Shown piece by piece: positions 28,991 through 43,984 of a stretch of DNA of 64,000 nt (position 1 is its first letter; each line of letters opens with the position of its first letter). The notes under the pieces were generated by a model. That model was not told the DNA's origin. It was given only the letters and a program-made list of their open reading frames with translations, and ran no database searches. The stretch is from assembly GCF_028641065.1 (NCBI RefSeq), contig NC_073412.1, positions 1,674,001 through 1,738,000 of the forward strand, written 5' to 3'. Position numbers and translations under genes: made by a program. Source of the stretch: Leucoraja erinacea (lineage: Eukaryota).

Positions 28991-29303
28991 GTTTACTTAG
29001 ATGGCAAGGGATTTATGGGACACACACATTACAGTACATACTACACGATTAATACGGAACTCTGCGGAGTAGTATGGCTTCAATACTGCTTTTTTTTCTA
29101 ATGGAAGTTATTCACAAACTAGAGGCATCATGAGGGGGATAGGCAAGACAAGGTACAATAATCCAGGCATTTCTGGACGATTAAATGGGAGTGCAGGTCT
29201 ACAACATTGTAAATGAGGAGGGGTGGTGGGGAAGAATTAAGTAGAGACAAGAGGAAAGGAGCAAGGTCTCAATGACCAGCAGGAACTACTAATGGTACTA
29301 CTA

Positions 29304-29702
<399 letters not shown>

Positions 29703-31589
29703 TCAAAGCAGCCCTAAACTCTGAGAATAGTCTTAACTGTAGACATATAAACAGAAATTGTTCATTTCTACATTAGCTTAGAAAACAATACTAGAAAAGA
29801 ACAGTGTATATAATTCAAAGAAAATCACAATATTAGGTACAGACATGGAAAAAGGGTACATACAAAAAGTGGAGTATGGAATTTTAATTAATTGTAGGGT
29901 CAAACTGTCCTCAAAGAATTTGTTAGGAATTATTAAGAAAAGGACAGGCAATCTGAAGAATTTCACAGGACACAAATAATGTAGAAATGGCCAGGGATTT
30001 TTTGGAATTTTTAGAAATTTATGATATGTGCAAAAATTTAAAGAACAACAGGGCAAATAGTTTGTTGCGCTTTGTGTAACTGGCCATTTGAGATATATTG
30101 GAAATTTAATCACCTAGCTAGTATTAACTGACATGGATCCTTACCAATCAATACCCAAAACGCAGAGCTTTTTGGACTGTACGTGACTGGAAATACATCC
30201 GGAGCAGGAAAGTCCACTAACTTTCTCATAATAACTAACTAATATTCTTAAACTCCACAAAGTATACCCAACTCCATTATACCTCAACATCACAGAACAG
30301 TCATAAATAAATCACTTGATTCTTTTTATTGCACTGGGAAAGTCTAGTTAGAAGCAGGCATCTTACTGATTATCAACAAACTGAAAAGCGAGAATGTATT
30401 TCTCAAGGAACAATTCCATTTTGCCTGCCATGAATTGGTTTGAACAGATTCCTACATATTTTAGCACTTGCAAAATTCACAAAACACAACCACAACCATG
30501 TACACAAATAAATTGTAATTAAAATCAAAATAACAAATGTCAAGGGTCCTTTTCTAAACATTTATTCCAGTTTTTAGACAATCTCAATTGTTAATCAAGC
30601 TTTTATTCAAGCAATATACTTTGAAACTCTTCGATAAATAGAAATCATGGCCAATATATCCAAAGGGATACATTGAAGTGCATTTCTGAATATTGAGTTC
30701 AACTACCAATTAGCAGATTTAAAAAAACTGGTATTCAGTAATTGACATGAGAAATATCACTGGCACATTTATACCCTTAAGTTAGTTATATTGAAAAATA
30801 GACCAAAACTAATTGAATTTATTGTCTCAGTTTTAAATGTCTCGTTATTCTCATATTCCTCCATATTTCTCACCATTCATACTCTAAAAATCCTCAGACT
30901 TCTGCACATCTCTAATTCTGGACACTTACACTTTCAACTTTTAATGACTTCATCATGTTGGCACATTGCAACGGTTTAGGCCTGACATTTTGGAATTCCC
31001 TCTGTAAATCTCTTTGCCACTCAATCTTTCTCTATTCAGATACTTGTTATAACAGCAACCATTCACTCTAATATCTCCATTTGGTTCTCTATTAAATGGA
31101 GTTTTGACAACTTATTTGCATGTTCTTGTATCAATGATAATATCATTCATGCCATAGAGCTGAGCATTGAAATGTTGAACCATGTCATGCAATTGTTTGC
31201 AATCTAACGGACCAGCCTTACTGGCGCAGAATAGACAATTCTTAACCATGCCACATCTAGCCGAGGAGGCAGTAGCACAAACATATACAAGACTTTTAGT
31301 AATCCTAGTAACAAAATATCACTTGTGTATGGAATTGGACTAGCCGCTCGATTGGATCATAACAGTAGAAGAATATAGAAAAGGTGTACGGCGTTTTAGC
31401 ATTATAAAGGTGTACATCAAGAATGTACCTTATATTAGTAAATTCATACTAACTATGAATAACAGAAAAGGATGTACATTAATCATAGCTGATCAGAGAC
31501 CCAAACCCATGTACTGGATTTGCATCATTTCTCGATACCTTGAATTGACAAAATTCAAGGTTTAAAAATCTTAAATGTGGTGATTGATC

Positions 31590-31750
31590 AACTACCTTCT
31601 CTGGGAGCTTGTTCCATGCACCCACCACCCTCCATGTGTAAACGTTACCCCGCAGATTCCTATTAAATCTTTTCCCCTTCACCTTAAATCTATGTCCTCT
31701 GGTCCTCGATTCACCTACTCTGTGCATCCACGTGATCTATTCTTCTCATC
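31590..31750 (-). mobile_element. CR1-type LINE fragment
   Basis: RVGESRTRGHRFKVKGKRFNRNLRGN motif. Confidence 0.8.
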
Positions 31751-34700
31751 GTGTATGATTATTAAGATGGACGACTCCATAGTTACTAGATGTCAGAAAT
31801 CCATCTGAACTGACACCTGCCAGCAATCCATGTGAGGTGCCAGAGATTGCTGGATCTTGGATATCAAATTTAAGGTCAGCATAGAAAGCAAATGTTTTGC
31901 TTGTCAAAGTCCAGCCCAACATGCCTAAATAAAACACATACTTCCCATTAACAACATAAAAAACACGGACAGTGTGATAGGAAAGAGTATTTGAATGAGT
32001 AAAGAAGGCCTACTGCAATTGCATGAGGCCCAGGTGAGATTGTACCTGGTATTTGTGGACACAAGCTTGGTGTCCATATACAAGAGATATAGCCGTACAC
32101 CAATTTGATTCCTGATATGGAAGGTGTAGGAAAAACTGCAGATGCTGGTTTAAACTGAAGATAGACACAAAAAGCTGGAGTAAGTCAGCGGGTCAGACAG
32201 CATCTCTTGAGAAAAGGAGTAGGAGAAGCTTTGGGTCGAGACCCTTCTTCAGACCTGCCAAGTTCCTCCAGCTTTTTGTGTCTATCCTGATAAGGGGGGC
32301 TTGGATACTCTGTTTACTTCGAAATATGAGAGAAAATCTCAATAAAATGGGATTTGACATGGCAGATTCAGAATTGATGCTCCTGCTGGCTAGGGTGTCA
32401 AGCCTTAAATTAAGGGATCAGCTTTGAATCCTTTATTAGGGTATTGAATCATTGGAAATGTTTACCCAAGATGACTGTAAGGCTTAGAGCACGTTCACTA
32501 CAGAAGGAAATAGATTTTTAAATGTTATGGGAATTAAGGGATACGGGATCAGTGCAAGCACAAGGCCGTGAGATAAAAGGTGAGCTTTGACCATGTTGAA
32601 CAAGCAAGTAGTTATCAGGGATTGAATGGCTCACTACACTTCCTCTCTGATGTTATATTCTTAACTTGGTTTCATGCCACACCCAAGGTTCAAAAATATC
32701 CAAACCAGAAACAAGTCACATGAATCTGATCCGTCAAATTCAATTCCTGATTCATTCTGAGTTAACTGCAGAGGTTCAGCAGTAACACGAATCAGCAAAA
32801 AGACCTAATTCCATAGAGAAAATGAGCAGTGAAGAAATAAAACCCAACCAAGTTACCCAACCAGGCTGGAGCTCAGAAAACCTTCTAGAGACTCGGTTGA
32901 CTCTGCAATTATTTATTTTGCCATTAACTCACAGCTACAAAGGTAGCAAGAAAAACTAGGCATTCAGAAGAATGGATGATACAAGACTCTTCATTAATCC
33001 ATCAAGCAGAAAAACATGGAGATGGGAGGGGGGGGGGGGAGATAAAATGTAAGCTGCGAGGGCAGTCCAGACAATGTCATGACTGCTTCTCGTAGGCTGG
33101 AGTTCAAATAGATATTTGGTGCAGTGTCAAAGATTATCTGCGTCAATCTTATGCCAGACCTAACTTCACACTACATAATGCTGACACGAGCTGCATAAAA
33201 ATTCTTTGGATTAAAATAATATTGTGCTTTGCAGCTCAATGAAACCACAAACAGCTCACTTCTGTGAGAAATGAGCAGGGTATCTGGGGGAATGTCTTTT
33301 CTACAAACTTCTTCAATAAGGATCTGGCAATAAATTGATAATATTTAAACCAAACAAAAGCACTAGTTAACAGATACAAGTAGTCTGATTTTCCCATTAG
33401 TAATCAAATAACCAGATGTATTTTCTGTTAAGGATATAAGTGAACATGCACTGCATTTAGAATGGATAACAAATTTGAATCTATCCAACACCATCCATCC
33501 AGTACGGCAAACTCTGTTGAAAGTTGCAATAACTGATAAATCTGCATTGCTGCTCTTTGCCACTATTGTCCTAGATTCCTTGTTCATAGGCCGTTTAAAC
33601 AATCTGACTTGATGGAAAAAATTATACCACCTCAAATGGCACAAAGATCAATGCAACGATACTTCCATCCAGTGTGTCCTGAACAGTCATCTGTAGTTCC
33701 TTCCAAGTATTTTGGTCTTTCCATGCAGACATTTTTAAATTAGGCTTCCAATCAACTCAAGTGAAAGAGACCTTCAAATTTGGTACGACATGAATTAATG
33801 ATCCTACAAACGTCATTTTCTCCTCTCTTTGAGCAAGATGTTTCACCTATTTTCCCCCCAAAAAAGCAGTGTTCACAAGGTTAATGAACTGTAACCATTG
33901 CTATAACAAAAATACTGTATCCAACTTTGCCCCAGTAAGCTATCACAAACTACAACGTGATACTGCACAAATCTTATTTTAATGAATTTTTAAAAGATTG
34001 GCCTAGTTTCCCCCCCCAACCCCCTCCACAAAATATGTAGCACTAAACTTCTTGCATGTCTCAAGTAACTACTGAGCTCACCACAACGAGTGAGGCAAGT
34101 ACTGTCCATTGAGCAATGGTTGGGAAATCAGTTCTTGAATAATGACGTTTCTCTGAAAGTGAAGCACTAGTTAACGTCTAATTGCTATAAATTAATTCCC
34201 CTCTGGCTATATCTATACCAAGCAAGAACACTACTTTTGAGCAAAATTGCTACGGCATTGAATAAACTTGCTCTACGTAACATTGGCCTTGTGCTTCCAA
34301 CACTGCAACGCTTCTCAGAGCGCTAAAAGCTGTTTATATTCGGCAAGTGTGAATCCTGTTTATAGTTGGCACATAAGAACCATTGTCCTTTTATGGTAAT
34401 TGTAAGCATCTTAAGTACACTTCTAATACTGGCTTGTACAGCCGGCCAGAGATAAATGCCTGAGACATGAGGTAGATCTAAAGTGACGAACATCAGCTTT
34501 AACATTAAATAATGTGGAATTCATCATCCAAACTACAGAATTAGTTTCAAGAACTTAACTTGTGACCTTGCAAACTGCCGGTGTATCCTAAACCCCCCCC
34601 CACAAATTACCATTTTGTTCAAAAAATGGATCCAAATGAGCAAATCCCTATGTTTTATTTACATCTACACTGGTGAAAATCCCAATTTTAATAAAAATCT

Positions 34701-35659
34701 GAACAAATCTCATAAATATTCATGTTGCCTCCAACTCCCATGTCTATGAAACACTGATGTGAACAAATATCATTTCTGATGTTTCTTAAGTAAAAACACT
34801 AAAGACACTGGAGGGTTTGTATGTAATTTACTTGAAATACTCATCGGATGATCTGTTAGCATGTGAGCAGATAGAAATGGAGCAAAGGCTTTAGCACAAT
34901 ATTTCATCAGAATCATAAAAGATTGGAGAAAACAGAGGGAGACAGAAGGTGGAACTGAGAAAACAGAAATAAAAGTGTGACAGAATGAGTTGGATAGGAA
35001 AGATTAAAATAAAAGCAAGAAGAGCTGTTGCTTCAGAGCTCAGCCAATTCAGGATAAACCCCGACCTCCATACTGTATGGGTGGAGTTTGCATGATCTCC
35101 CTGCGATGGTGTGGGCATCTCCTCGGCTCTGGTTTTCTCCCATTTCCCAAAAATGCAGGTGGATAGGCTAATTGCCCACTCATCACCACCGCCTCTTTTC
35201 CATGCTCCATCAACCTACTGAGTTCTGATTTTTACAATATCAGTAGTATTATATTTACATCAACATCAGTGAAAGTTCATAGCAAGTTCAAATTAAATTA
35301 TATTTTTTTGAAATAGCTACATGTACTAGATGAACCATAAAGGTCATCCAATAAGCCTGGAAGCTGAATGCACATCACCATGGATGCTTGGTATATCATT
35401 TCTAATAGCAAAGGGTTTTCAACCACAATGTAAATTATGCCTTGAATGCAAATGGAAATGTTGAAAACTATACTGCAGTATAGTTTTCAAAACTAAAACT
35501 GGCATACACAGAAAATAGCATATCATATGGAAACATATGGGAAAATGGTAAAGTGACTGATGATTTATTTCCTAAACATCATTGCAATTATTGTAAAGAT
35601 GTATATAACAACAAAACTACCCTAAAGGGAATCGAGCTAAACAAAAGGGAAAACTAAAT

Positions 35660-36240
35660 TGTGTAGGAAGGAACTGTAGATGCTCGTTTAAACCAAAGAT
35701 AGACACAAAAAGCTGGAGTAACTCATAGACATAGAAAATAGGTGCACGAGTAGGCCATTTGGCCCTTCGAGCCTGCACCGCCATTCGATATGATCATGGC
35801 TGATCATCCAACTCAGATTCCCATCCCTGCCTTCTCTCCATCCCCCCGATCCCTTTCGCCACAAGGGCCACATCTAACTCCCTCTTAAATATAGCCAATG
35901 AACTGGCCTCAACTACCTTCTGTGGCAGAGAATTCCACAGATTCACCACTCTCTGTGTAAAAAATGATTTTCTCATCTAGCCTGTCCAACCCCTTAAGAA
36001 TTTTGTACGTTTCTATAAGATCCCCCCTCAATCTTCTAAATTCTAGCGTGTACAAGCCGAGTCTATCCAGTCTTTCTTCATATGAAAGTCCTGCCATCCC
36101 AGGAATCAGTCTGGTGAACTCAGCGGGTCAGACAGCATCTCTGGAGGAAAGGAATAGGTGAACAAAACGTCACCTATTCCTTTTGTTCAGAGATGCTGTC
36201 TGATCCGCTGTGTTACTCCAGCTTTTTGTGGCCGTCTTCG
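35660..36240. mobile_element. CR1 3' fragment (minus, about 35726-36116) nested in a Penelope-derived fold-back repeat
   Basis: GLSYEERLDRLGLYTLEFRRLRGDLIETYKILKGLD. The host repeat is split at duplicated AACTCA (35720-35725 / 36117-36122). Confidence 0.85.
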
Positions 36241-37769
36241 GAGAACTAAATGGATTAATAGAACTCTTATCAAAGTCATCAATAATTGCTTTTGTGAATA
36301 CCTGTATAACCATAGTAGTTGATCCCTTCCTAGCCTATTGGTGCCATTTGGTTGACAACATCATTCATCAGCAGTTCATAAGCTCAACGGGAATGGAACA
36401 TTGCAAGGGTGAGGGGTGATCCAATTAACCACAAACTAGTTTGACCTCAGTGCTGGGGACAATTTGAGAAACACAGAAATAACTCCAAAAAGAAAAAAAA
36501 AAAAATAAATAGTAAGTGTTGAGAAAAAGGCTGGAAATACTTAACAGGCAACATTTGTGGAAAACAAAATCTATCATAGTTCTATAAAAGATAGTCAATC
36601 TAAAACTTCAACTTTGTTTCTCCCTCCTTAGATAATGCTTGACGTTTAGTATTTCCAACATTTTCTAATGAAGTAACAGAGGTCAATGGGAGAAAAATAT
36701 GATTGATGTGTTATTAATGGACTTACCAAACTTAAGGTGCTACATAAAAGTCTTGTTGTCAAGATTACAGGTAATGGAATAAAATAGCACGGACAGAAAA
36801 TCTACCAACGAACTAGAGAGACAGTAGTAGTGAAGCTACTAGACTGTAGTAATTGTTTTTCATGCTGGAGATCAGTATACTGTGCTTCCAAGTTGGTTTG
36901 GGAACCACTGCCTTTCTTAATATATTATAATGATAGGGGCTTGGGTTTTCATTGCATTAACTCAAAATTTGTTAACAAAAATTGGGGGAACAGTGGGGAA
37001 GATAAAAATAGACTTGAAGGAGATATGGATGGTGGATTGTCCCAAAAGTGAAATTTAACCGAGAAATGCGAAGCATTACATTTCGATGTGAAAGAATGAC
37101 AATAGGTCAATGTACATTAGAGGGCAGAATGCTAAAAGATGTAGAAGAGAGATCGGGTGACGGGGGGGGGGTTATATGCATTGTTCATTGAAAGTGGCAA
37201 GGCAAATTATAAAAGTACATAAAAATATATTAGAAATTGGGCTTTATAAAGGCATAGAATAATACATGCAAGGAAGATACGATGAGCCTTTATAAAACAC
37301 CAATTTTGCCTCAACAGGGGTACTGTGTTCATTTCTGGGCATCACACTTGCTTATTCTGGCAGTAGAAACGCAAAAATTGATTGAAATCCCATTGACATT
37401 TTGGTCCCTTGCTATTAAATGGGCTAATAAATAATGCAGAGCTGGTCAGATGCATTCTAGTTAAGACCAGGAAAAGAGCAAAGATTCTAATCTGACAATG
37501 GCTGAAGCTTTTGCTGATACATAACTGAATTACTGAAAATAGCCAGACACATTAAAAAAATAAATGATGTAATGTGTGAAATTAAAATCAAGATTTTAAA
37601 AATAATAAATAAAAACAATAAATAATACACGCAAATAATACAAAGTTTCTTTTGCAAATAATCACCACAAATTTTATAAACGGTGATTTAAAAATTAGCA
37701 GGTTGCAATCACGACCACGAACTGCGTGCCATGTTAATGGAGACGAAGCAACATTGCTGAACAATGGTG

Positions 37770-37995
37770 TACAAAGGAACTGCAGAGGCTGGTTTAAACT
37801 GAAGATAGACACAAAATGCTGGAGTAACTCAGCATCACTGGAGAGAAGGAATGGTGAGAAAGAATGGGGGTCTCCCCCCCCCCCCCCCCCTTGACTCGCA
37901 GTCTGAAGAAGGGTCTCGACCCGAAACGTCATCCATTCCTTCCCTCCAGAGATGCTGCCTTTCCAGCTGAGTTACTCCAGCATTTTGTGTCTACT
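37770..37995. mobile_element. Penelope-derived fold-back repeat with intact hammerhead-like core (37903-37930)
   Basis: CTGAAGAAGGGTCTCGACCCGAAACGTC, flanked by inverted family arms. Confidence 0.7.
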
Positions 37996-39914
37996 GTAGT
38001 ACAATTCATTTGCTACTTGGTTATCTGGATCTTGCTTAGTGAGAACCTGTAGTTTCACATTACCAAAATGACAGTGTCTGATCTACCAGTAATTGCTTTG
38101 TTAGCAAAGACAGGTAAACGGAGAAACATAGTAAATATTACATGGGATACTGGAGCTCACTGCATTTTCCTGCAAACTATTTCCCCTTTACTTATTTAAT
38201 GGTTGTGGCATAACACTGCCTGGAGAATCCAATTTGTTCAAATTACAAATTTAAAATTACACAGCCTTCTGGGTGAGTTTTATAGCCAAATTTAATTTCA
38301 GATTATAGGACAACCTCATCTTATATCACATTAACAAAATTACTCCAATCACATGAAGATAAATCGTTTTTTGTGTATTAATTCTATTTTTAGAATTTTG
38401 CTCAAGCTGTCACGGCAGATGCTAGAATCCAATCTCTAAAATAACACAGCAACCCCACGTCATATTCAAGTGGGAACGGCCCAGATTTCACGTTATAAAT
38501 TCAAAAGGAGTGCAGGGAATTTGATAAAGGTTAAACTATCAAAAAATTAAATATTTAAAACACTTTGTATGCTTGCAAAGCCACCTGTTTTTAACCTGCT
38601 CTGTACTGCCCTTGTGTAGGCCCTGCATACTTAAATGCTCAAAGGGATCACAGCTACATACAGCAATTGGAAAAGCTAAAAATACGCTGAACATCAGAAT
38701 TCATCCACAGCGGCTTGTGAAATACAGACAACTCGGATTCAATCGGAACTTTAAATTACAAATATTGTAGAATATATATTGATATCAATTAATTGAGAAT
38801 ATAAGCTCTCAAATTCTGCTTAGATAAAGCAAAATCATATATACTATAGCATTTGAATGTATTGCTACACTTTTAGGTCTTGAAATCCTGCATAAAATAC
38901 AGTTTAATGCTTATAAAAAGAATGATTATTCAAATTTTTAATTAGGATTATATTTTTGCCTTAATTTGAAGGGATGACTGTATAAAAGATAATGACGGCA
39001 TTTACTGCATTCTATGAATGACAGAAGCAGACTAAACCAGCAACTGCGTGACTGCAGAATCATTCAAAGCCTGGAGCACAACTTTGGTCCTTTACAGCGC
39101 TGAAGGGGACTCTGATTAATGCGATGAATTAAAAACTTAAATTATTATTCAATACAAATATAAACTAAATCTCCCAAAATTCCGATGTTTTCAAACAAAG
39201 CACAGGCTTGCCTCAAATAATCACTCATGTTTGACATGTTTAATCTCCAAGCACATGAAAATAGGCCAAGAGGAAAAGAGAGGCCAAGCACATAGAATTT
39301 TAAAGCAAATATATTTAATTTATGCCTCAACACAGCTTTCAGGATTTATGTTTGTTACGGCAGGGCAATATTCCAGACAGATTTGATTGGAAATATAGTA
39401 TGGAATTTCCATTTTTCCCTCATTCTGCACGTCAGAATCATTATAATTTGCAATTTAAGTGGGCGTTACTATCCTGACAACACCTAATGCAACCCGTCTT
39501 CAAATTTGCACACCAACATTCTGAAGTTATCTTTCCATAAGTCTTGCATTCTAACTTTAATTATAATTTATTCTTTAACTGCTATTTATTCAATTAATGT
39601 CACCTAAACCAATAAACACCTTAACAACAAACACTAGGTTAATACTGCAACATGGGTAGCAACTGGAAAGGCAGAGATTCACTATGATTCAGCACATCGC
39701 CAAATCGTTCAAAAATATCTCATGCTTGATCGCCTCAGGATTTTCTTGTTTGTGGATTTGCACTTTAATTGCCCTTTAAACTCGTAGCAGAAAGCCAGCT
39801 TCCATTATTGAGCCTACATGTAACCTACAATAAATATTAATGACTGAATCAATCTCTGTCAGAAACTGTTCCGTGGATTCATTTCTCCAGTGCACGAATA
39901 GAAACGATTAAAAA

Positions 39915-40318
39915 GTTGTAGGAAGAAACTGATGCTGGTTTACACTGAAGATAGACACAAAATGCTGGAGTAACTCAGCGAGACAGGCAGCTTCTCTAGA
40001 TAGAAGGAATGGGTGACGTGTTGGTTCGAGACCTTTCTTCAGACTGAGTGTCAGGGGAGAGGGAAGACACAGAGATAAGGAAGTGTAAGGTGTGAAAATG
40101 AGATCAAAAGAGATGCGAATCAAGGAAATTGTAGAATAGATTATTGTTAGCTAGAAGAAGCAAACAGAGATAAAAATTAATCGACAATAGTCAGACTGGC
40201 CGGAGAATTGGGAAGGGGAGGGATGGATAGAAACCATAGAGGGAAGGCAAGGGTTACTTGAAGTTAGAGAAGCCAATATTCATACCGCTGGGGTGTAAGC
40301 TGCCCAAGCGAAATATGA
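39915..40318 (-). mobile_element. Penelope-like element 3' end
   Basis: Minus strand reads IFRLGSLHPSGMNIGFSNFK* followed by the same terminal repeat as at 2282-2650. Confidence 0.72.
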
Positions 40319-43300
40319 AATAAAAAGGTCATTGTTATTAAGATTTGTGGTCATCTTCCATTTTTTCTGTCCTTGAACATAATCATTTTTCCTTCACTTT
40401 GTTTCTATTTTTACACCTGCTTGGATAATGATTTCAACTACTCCATCTTTTCCTCAGTTCTTCCACTTTATATGTCAATCCTTTATCTTCATTCCTGAGG
40501 AAGATTTGCTTTGCCCGCCATTGAACTGGATACACAGATGCTCTGCTGCCTTCATTCTATGGGGAACTTGCATTTTAAATTCGCCAGACCAGGCTATGAG
40601 ATACCCCACTTCAGGGAAAATATGGTTCAAAATCTAAACTATCCACTATAATACTCAGTATTTTTTGTTATAACTGAGGGGACAAAAGAAAAACATGTTA
40701 ACATTAAACTTGTTCTCTACGCTGACAGCACATAGAATGTATAATAGGAAGCCGAAACAGCAAGACCACTAACCTATCACTCCTATGCTCAAGAATTCAA
40801 CTTACACATTTGCACAGTCCACATTAGATCCAACCAAATCATCACCTTAATGCTGCAAATTAATGCAGTTCAAAAAGGAATGGCACGGAAACAGGTCGAC
40901 ATCAGATATTCTAATAATGCCAATACATATTGCTAGAAGATGCACAGTTATTCTGCAGTGGCCATTATACAAGTTGACTTCAGGGAAAACTTGCTCTTGA
41001 ACAAAAGTGCAAAATACAAGAACTTCTAAGTGCTATAATGCCTAACAATTTAATGCTGTTTAAGACCCTCGGTACTTTTTTTATCTCAATGGAGCACCCA
41101 CACATACAAACATACCCAAAAACATTCATATGTATATACACACGAATGGAAACCTTAACATTTAGTTAGTTAATTTTACTATCTGGCCAAAAATGATAAA
41201 TGCTGCAGTATTCAAGTGAAGAAGGACTCCTACATATACTACCTATCAACATTACTGTGCTCTTGCTAAACAAAACAGCTGCATTTTGCAAAAGGAAAAC
41301 ATTTATTAATTAAGGCAGCTATAAACAAAGAAAAATAACTGGACACAATTACAGTACACAAATGCTACAGCTATTGGGGAATAAATTAAAATACTGCAAT
41401 AATTTTAAAATGAATCAAGTTTGACACTGTTAATACTGTACCTGGTTGTTAATTCTCAAAGAAAAGTCACCATAAAAAGCAACTTGCATTAGTCAAATGT
41501 TAAACCACATCTTTATGAAATATGAACATTTAAAGCAAAATATTAACGGTGAGCACATTAATTCTGAAAAATAACATTCTTAATTGATTCATTCTAATCA
41601 CCTCTGAAAAGTCATGTGAATATATTATTGCATTTATGTAACATTTTATGATGTTGTCACAGACCATCCAGTGAATGTGTCACTTACTGTGTTTACATGG
41701 TGCTCAATTTGTAGCATTTTGAATATGATTTGAACACTGAAACTGAACAATTCTGTATCAGACTACAAATATAAATAATAAATCTGACTCTAATCAGCAC
41801 ATTGAAATAAAGATGGATTTTCACGACATCATATAGGTCCCATTTGCACGCTTCAATATGTGCATGCAAATACATGCACACACATTTAATTTTGTAGCTT
41901 TGCAGAAAACATTTCTGGCTTTCATTACTGAGACTAAATGGGCTGGAATCAAAACAAAATTTAAAAAATCTCACAAGACATTGTACTTTTCTACATCGCA
42001 GACAGGGTTGTTGGTTGTGAAGCAGTCTGCACTCCCAACAGCACAGGCAACAATTATAATTAATCATAGGTTGCTGCTAAATTAGAGGGTCCTTTTCTGA
42101 AAAATTTGGGAGCTAAAATGCACCATAATTTAGACTGCACAAATAGTGTTTTAAACCAGCAGCAATTTTAGCTTGAAAGGAAAAGGATCTGCACTAAAAT
42201 GGACTTGTTACAGAAAACATTCAACTTTAAAATACATAAAGTTGAGGAAACGCTCAGCATGTGAAGAAGCTGCATTGAGAAAGAAACTGACTTAATGTTT
42301 CAAGTTAAAGACTATCAGAACTGGACAACTAACATTCAGTTTCCTCCACAAATTGAGAACATTGGGTTTTACTAGCAAATAGTTTAGTTAAATGCCATTA
42401 ACATTATAAAATCTAAATGACAATCTTCCACACACTAGCTAACAAGTCAATGGTAAGATTATGGATCGCATGCAGGTGGAAGAGATTAGATTAACTTGGA
42501 ATCATGTTCGGCAAGGACCTTGTAGGCCGCAGGGCCTGATCCCGTGCTGTATAGTTCTGCGGTCTATTATGGAAGATTAACACAACACAAAAAAAAAATG
42601 CTCATTTATCCTGGAACCACACAAATCAATTTCAAAAATAACATGACCGTGTTCTAAATAATAATGGACAATGGAAAGGAGAAAGTGACTGAAGAATTTC
42701 TCCTGGTTCACCTGAGTAAATCCGTCATCTTAGTTCAAATTAAAGCCTCAGCTGGCAAATGAAAACATGATTTGGGGGGAAGGGGGGAAAACAGCTTTTT
42801 TCTCCCCTCACCCCTCTTTCCACCCCCAAAACACCATCTATTTGTGATGAATGACTCCATATCCCTCGCAAGCTGTTGTTTTCCTGTTGATTTTCCAAAG
42901 TAAGCATGAGAGAAAGGCAAATTAGCCTGACATGCAAGTCACTTGCAGTTTCTACACCAATTATCCCAGTTCTCCGCAGGTGAAATTCGAAGTCTGGTGG
43001 AAGCACCATGTAAACAGAGTAAAGACAGTGAGCACACAAACAGAACTCAAAAATGCAAACTTCAAGCAGCAGTTGGATTTGATTATAAAGTTATAATCTC
43101 AATGACATTTCTTCAATGGGTCTGCCCCAGTTTATGCCCCTTTTGGGTGTGGACTGGACTACACACACAGAGGAGTGATCAGGGGTTCACTTTCCTTCCA
43201 CTGTGCTTCACTAAATTGGTAAGTCTCAGCAACTTTCTCTTCTCCAGTTCATGAAAGCAGCCAATGTCAGTGGACATTCCTAGTAATTCCCCATAGACAT

Positions 43301-43702
43301 CGGATAAGATCAGATGAGCCTAGGCTGCAAAGTCACTCAACCATCCTGCACTCATTAACCTGACAGTTTATGACAAACACAAGTCACTATGTCAAGAAGG
43401 AATTTGCAAAAGATTATTATAATTAAACAAGTAAATCTCCCTTTACAGCTTGAAACAATACTGAATGGCAGCAAATGCATTTGTCATCTTTGTTTTTTCA
43501 ATTAAGTTAAAAATCCAAATGCTACATTCTAAATGAATAAATACAATGTGTTCATAAATATGGGTGAAATGAATTTACTGGGCTTTTTGGATGCGGCCAA
43601 TCATTTCAATGAAATACTAACTGGAGACACAGCACCTTGGAGGACACATTTGGCATTATAACACAGGGAACAAATACCAAAGACTTGTTACCAGAGGATC
43701 AT

Positions 43703-43860
43703 TAAGGGCCTGTCCCACTTACGCGATTTTTTTCGGTGATTTGCCGGCACCCATCATAGTCGCAGCAGGTGGCCGACAATTTTCAACATGTTGAAAATCC
43801 AGCGGCGACCAGAAAAAGGTACAACTCTTTGGGCGACTACTCACGACCATACAGGAGTCA
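43703..43860. mobile_element. PIF/Harbinger-like MITE fragment
   Basis: TAA-GGGCCTGTCCCACT terminus resembling the TIR at 57319, and a shared internal palindrome ATTTTCAACATGTTGAAAAT. Confidence 0.55.
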
Positions 43861-43984
43861 CATTTCATCCCGTATTTATGATTAATAATGAATAAGGAAC
43901 AAAATATGAAAATAGAATATAGAACATCTGCATTCATAACCTGGCCTATTTTGTAAGCACTGAGTCCAAATTCAGGTTTAATTA

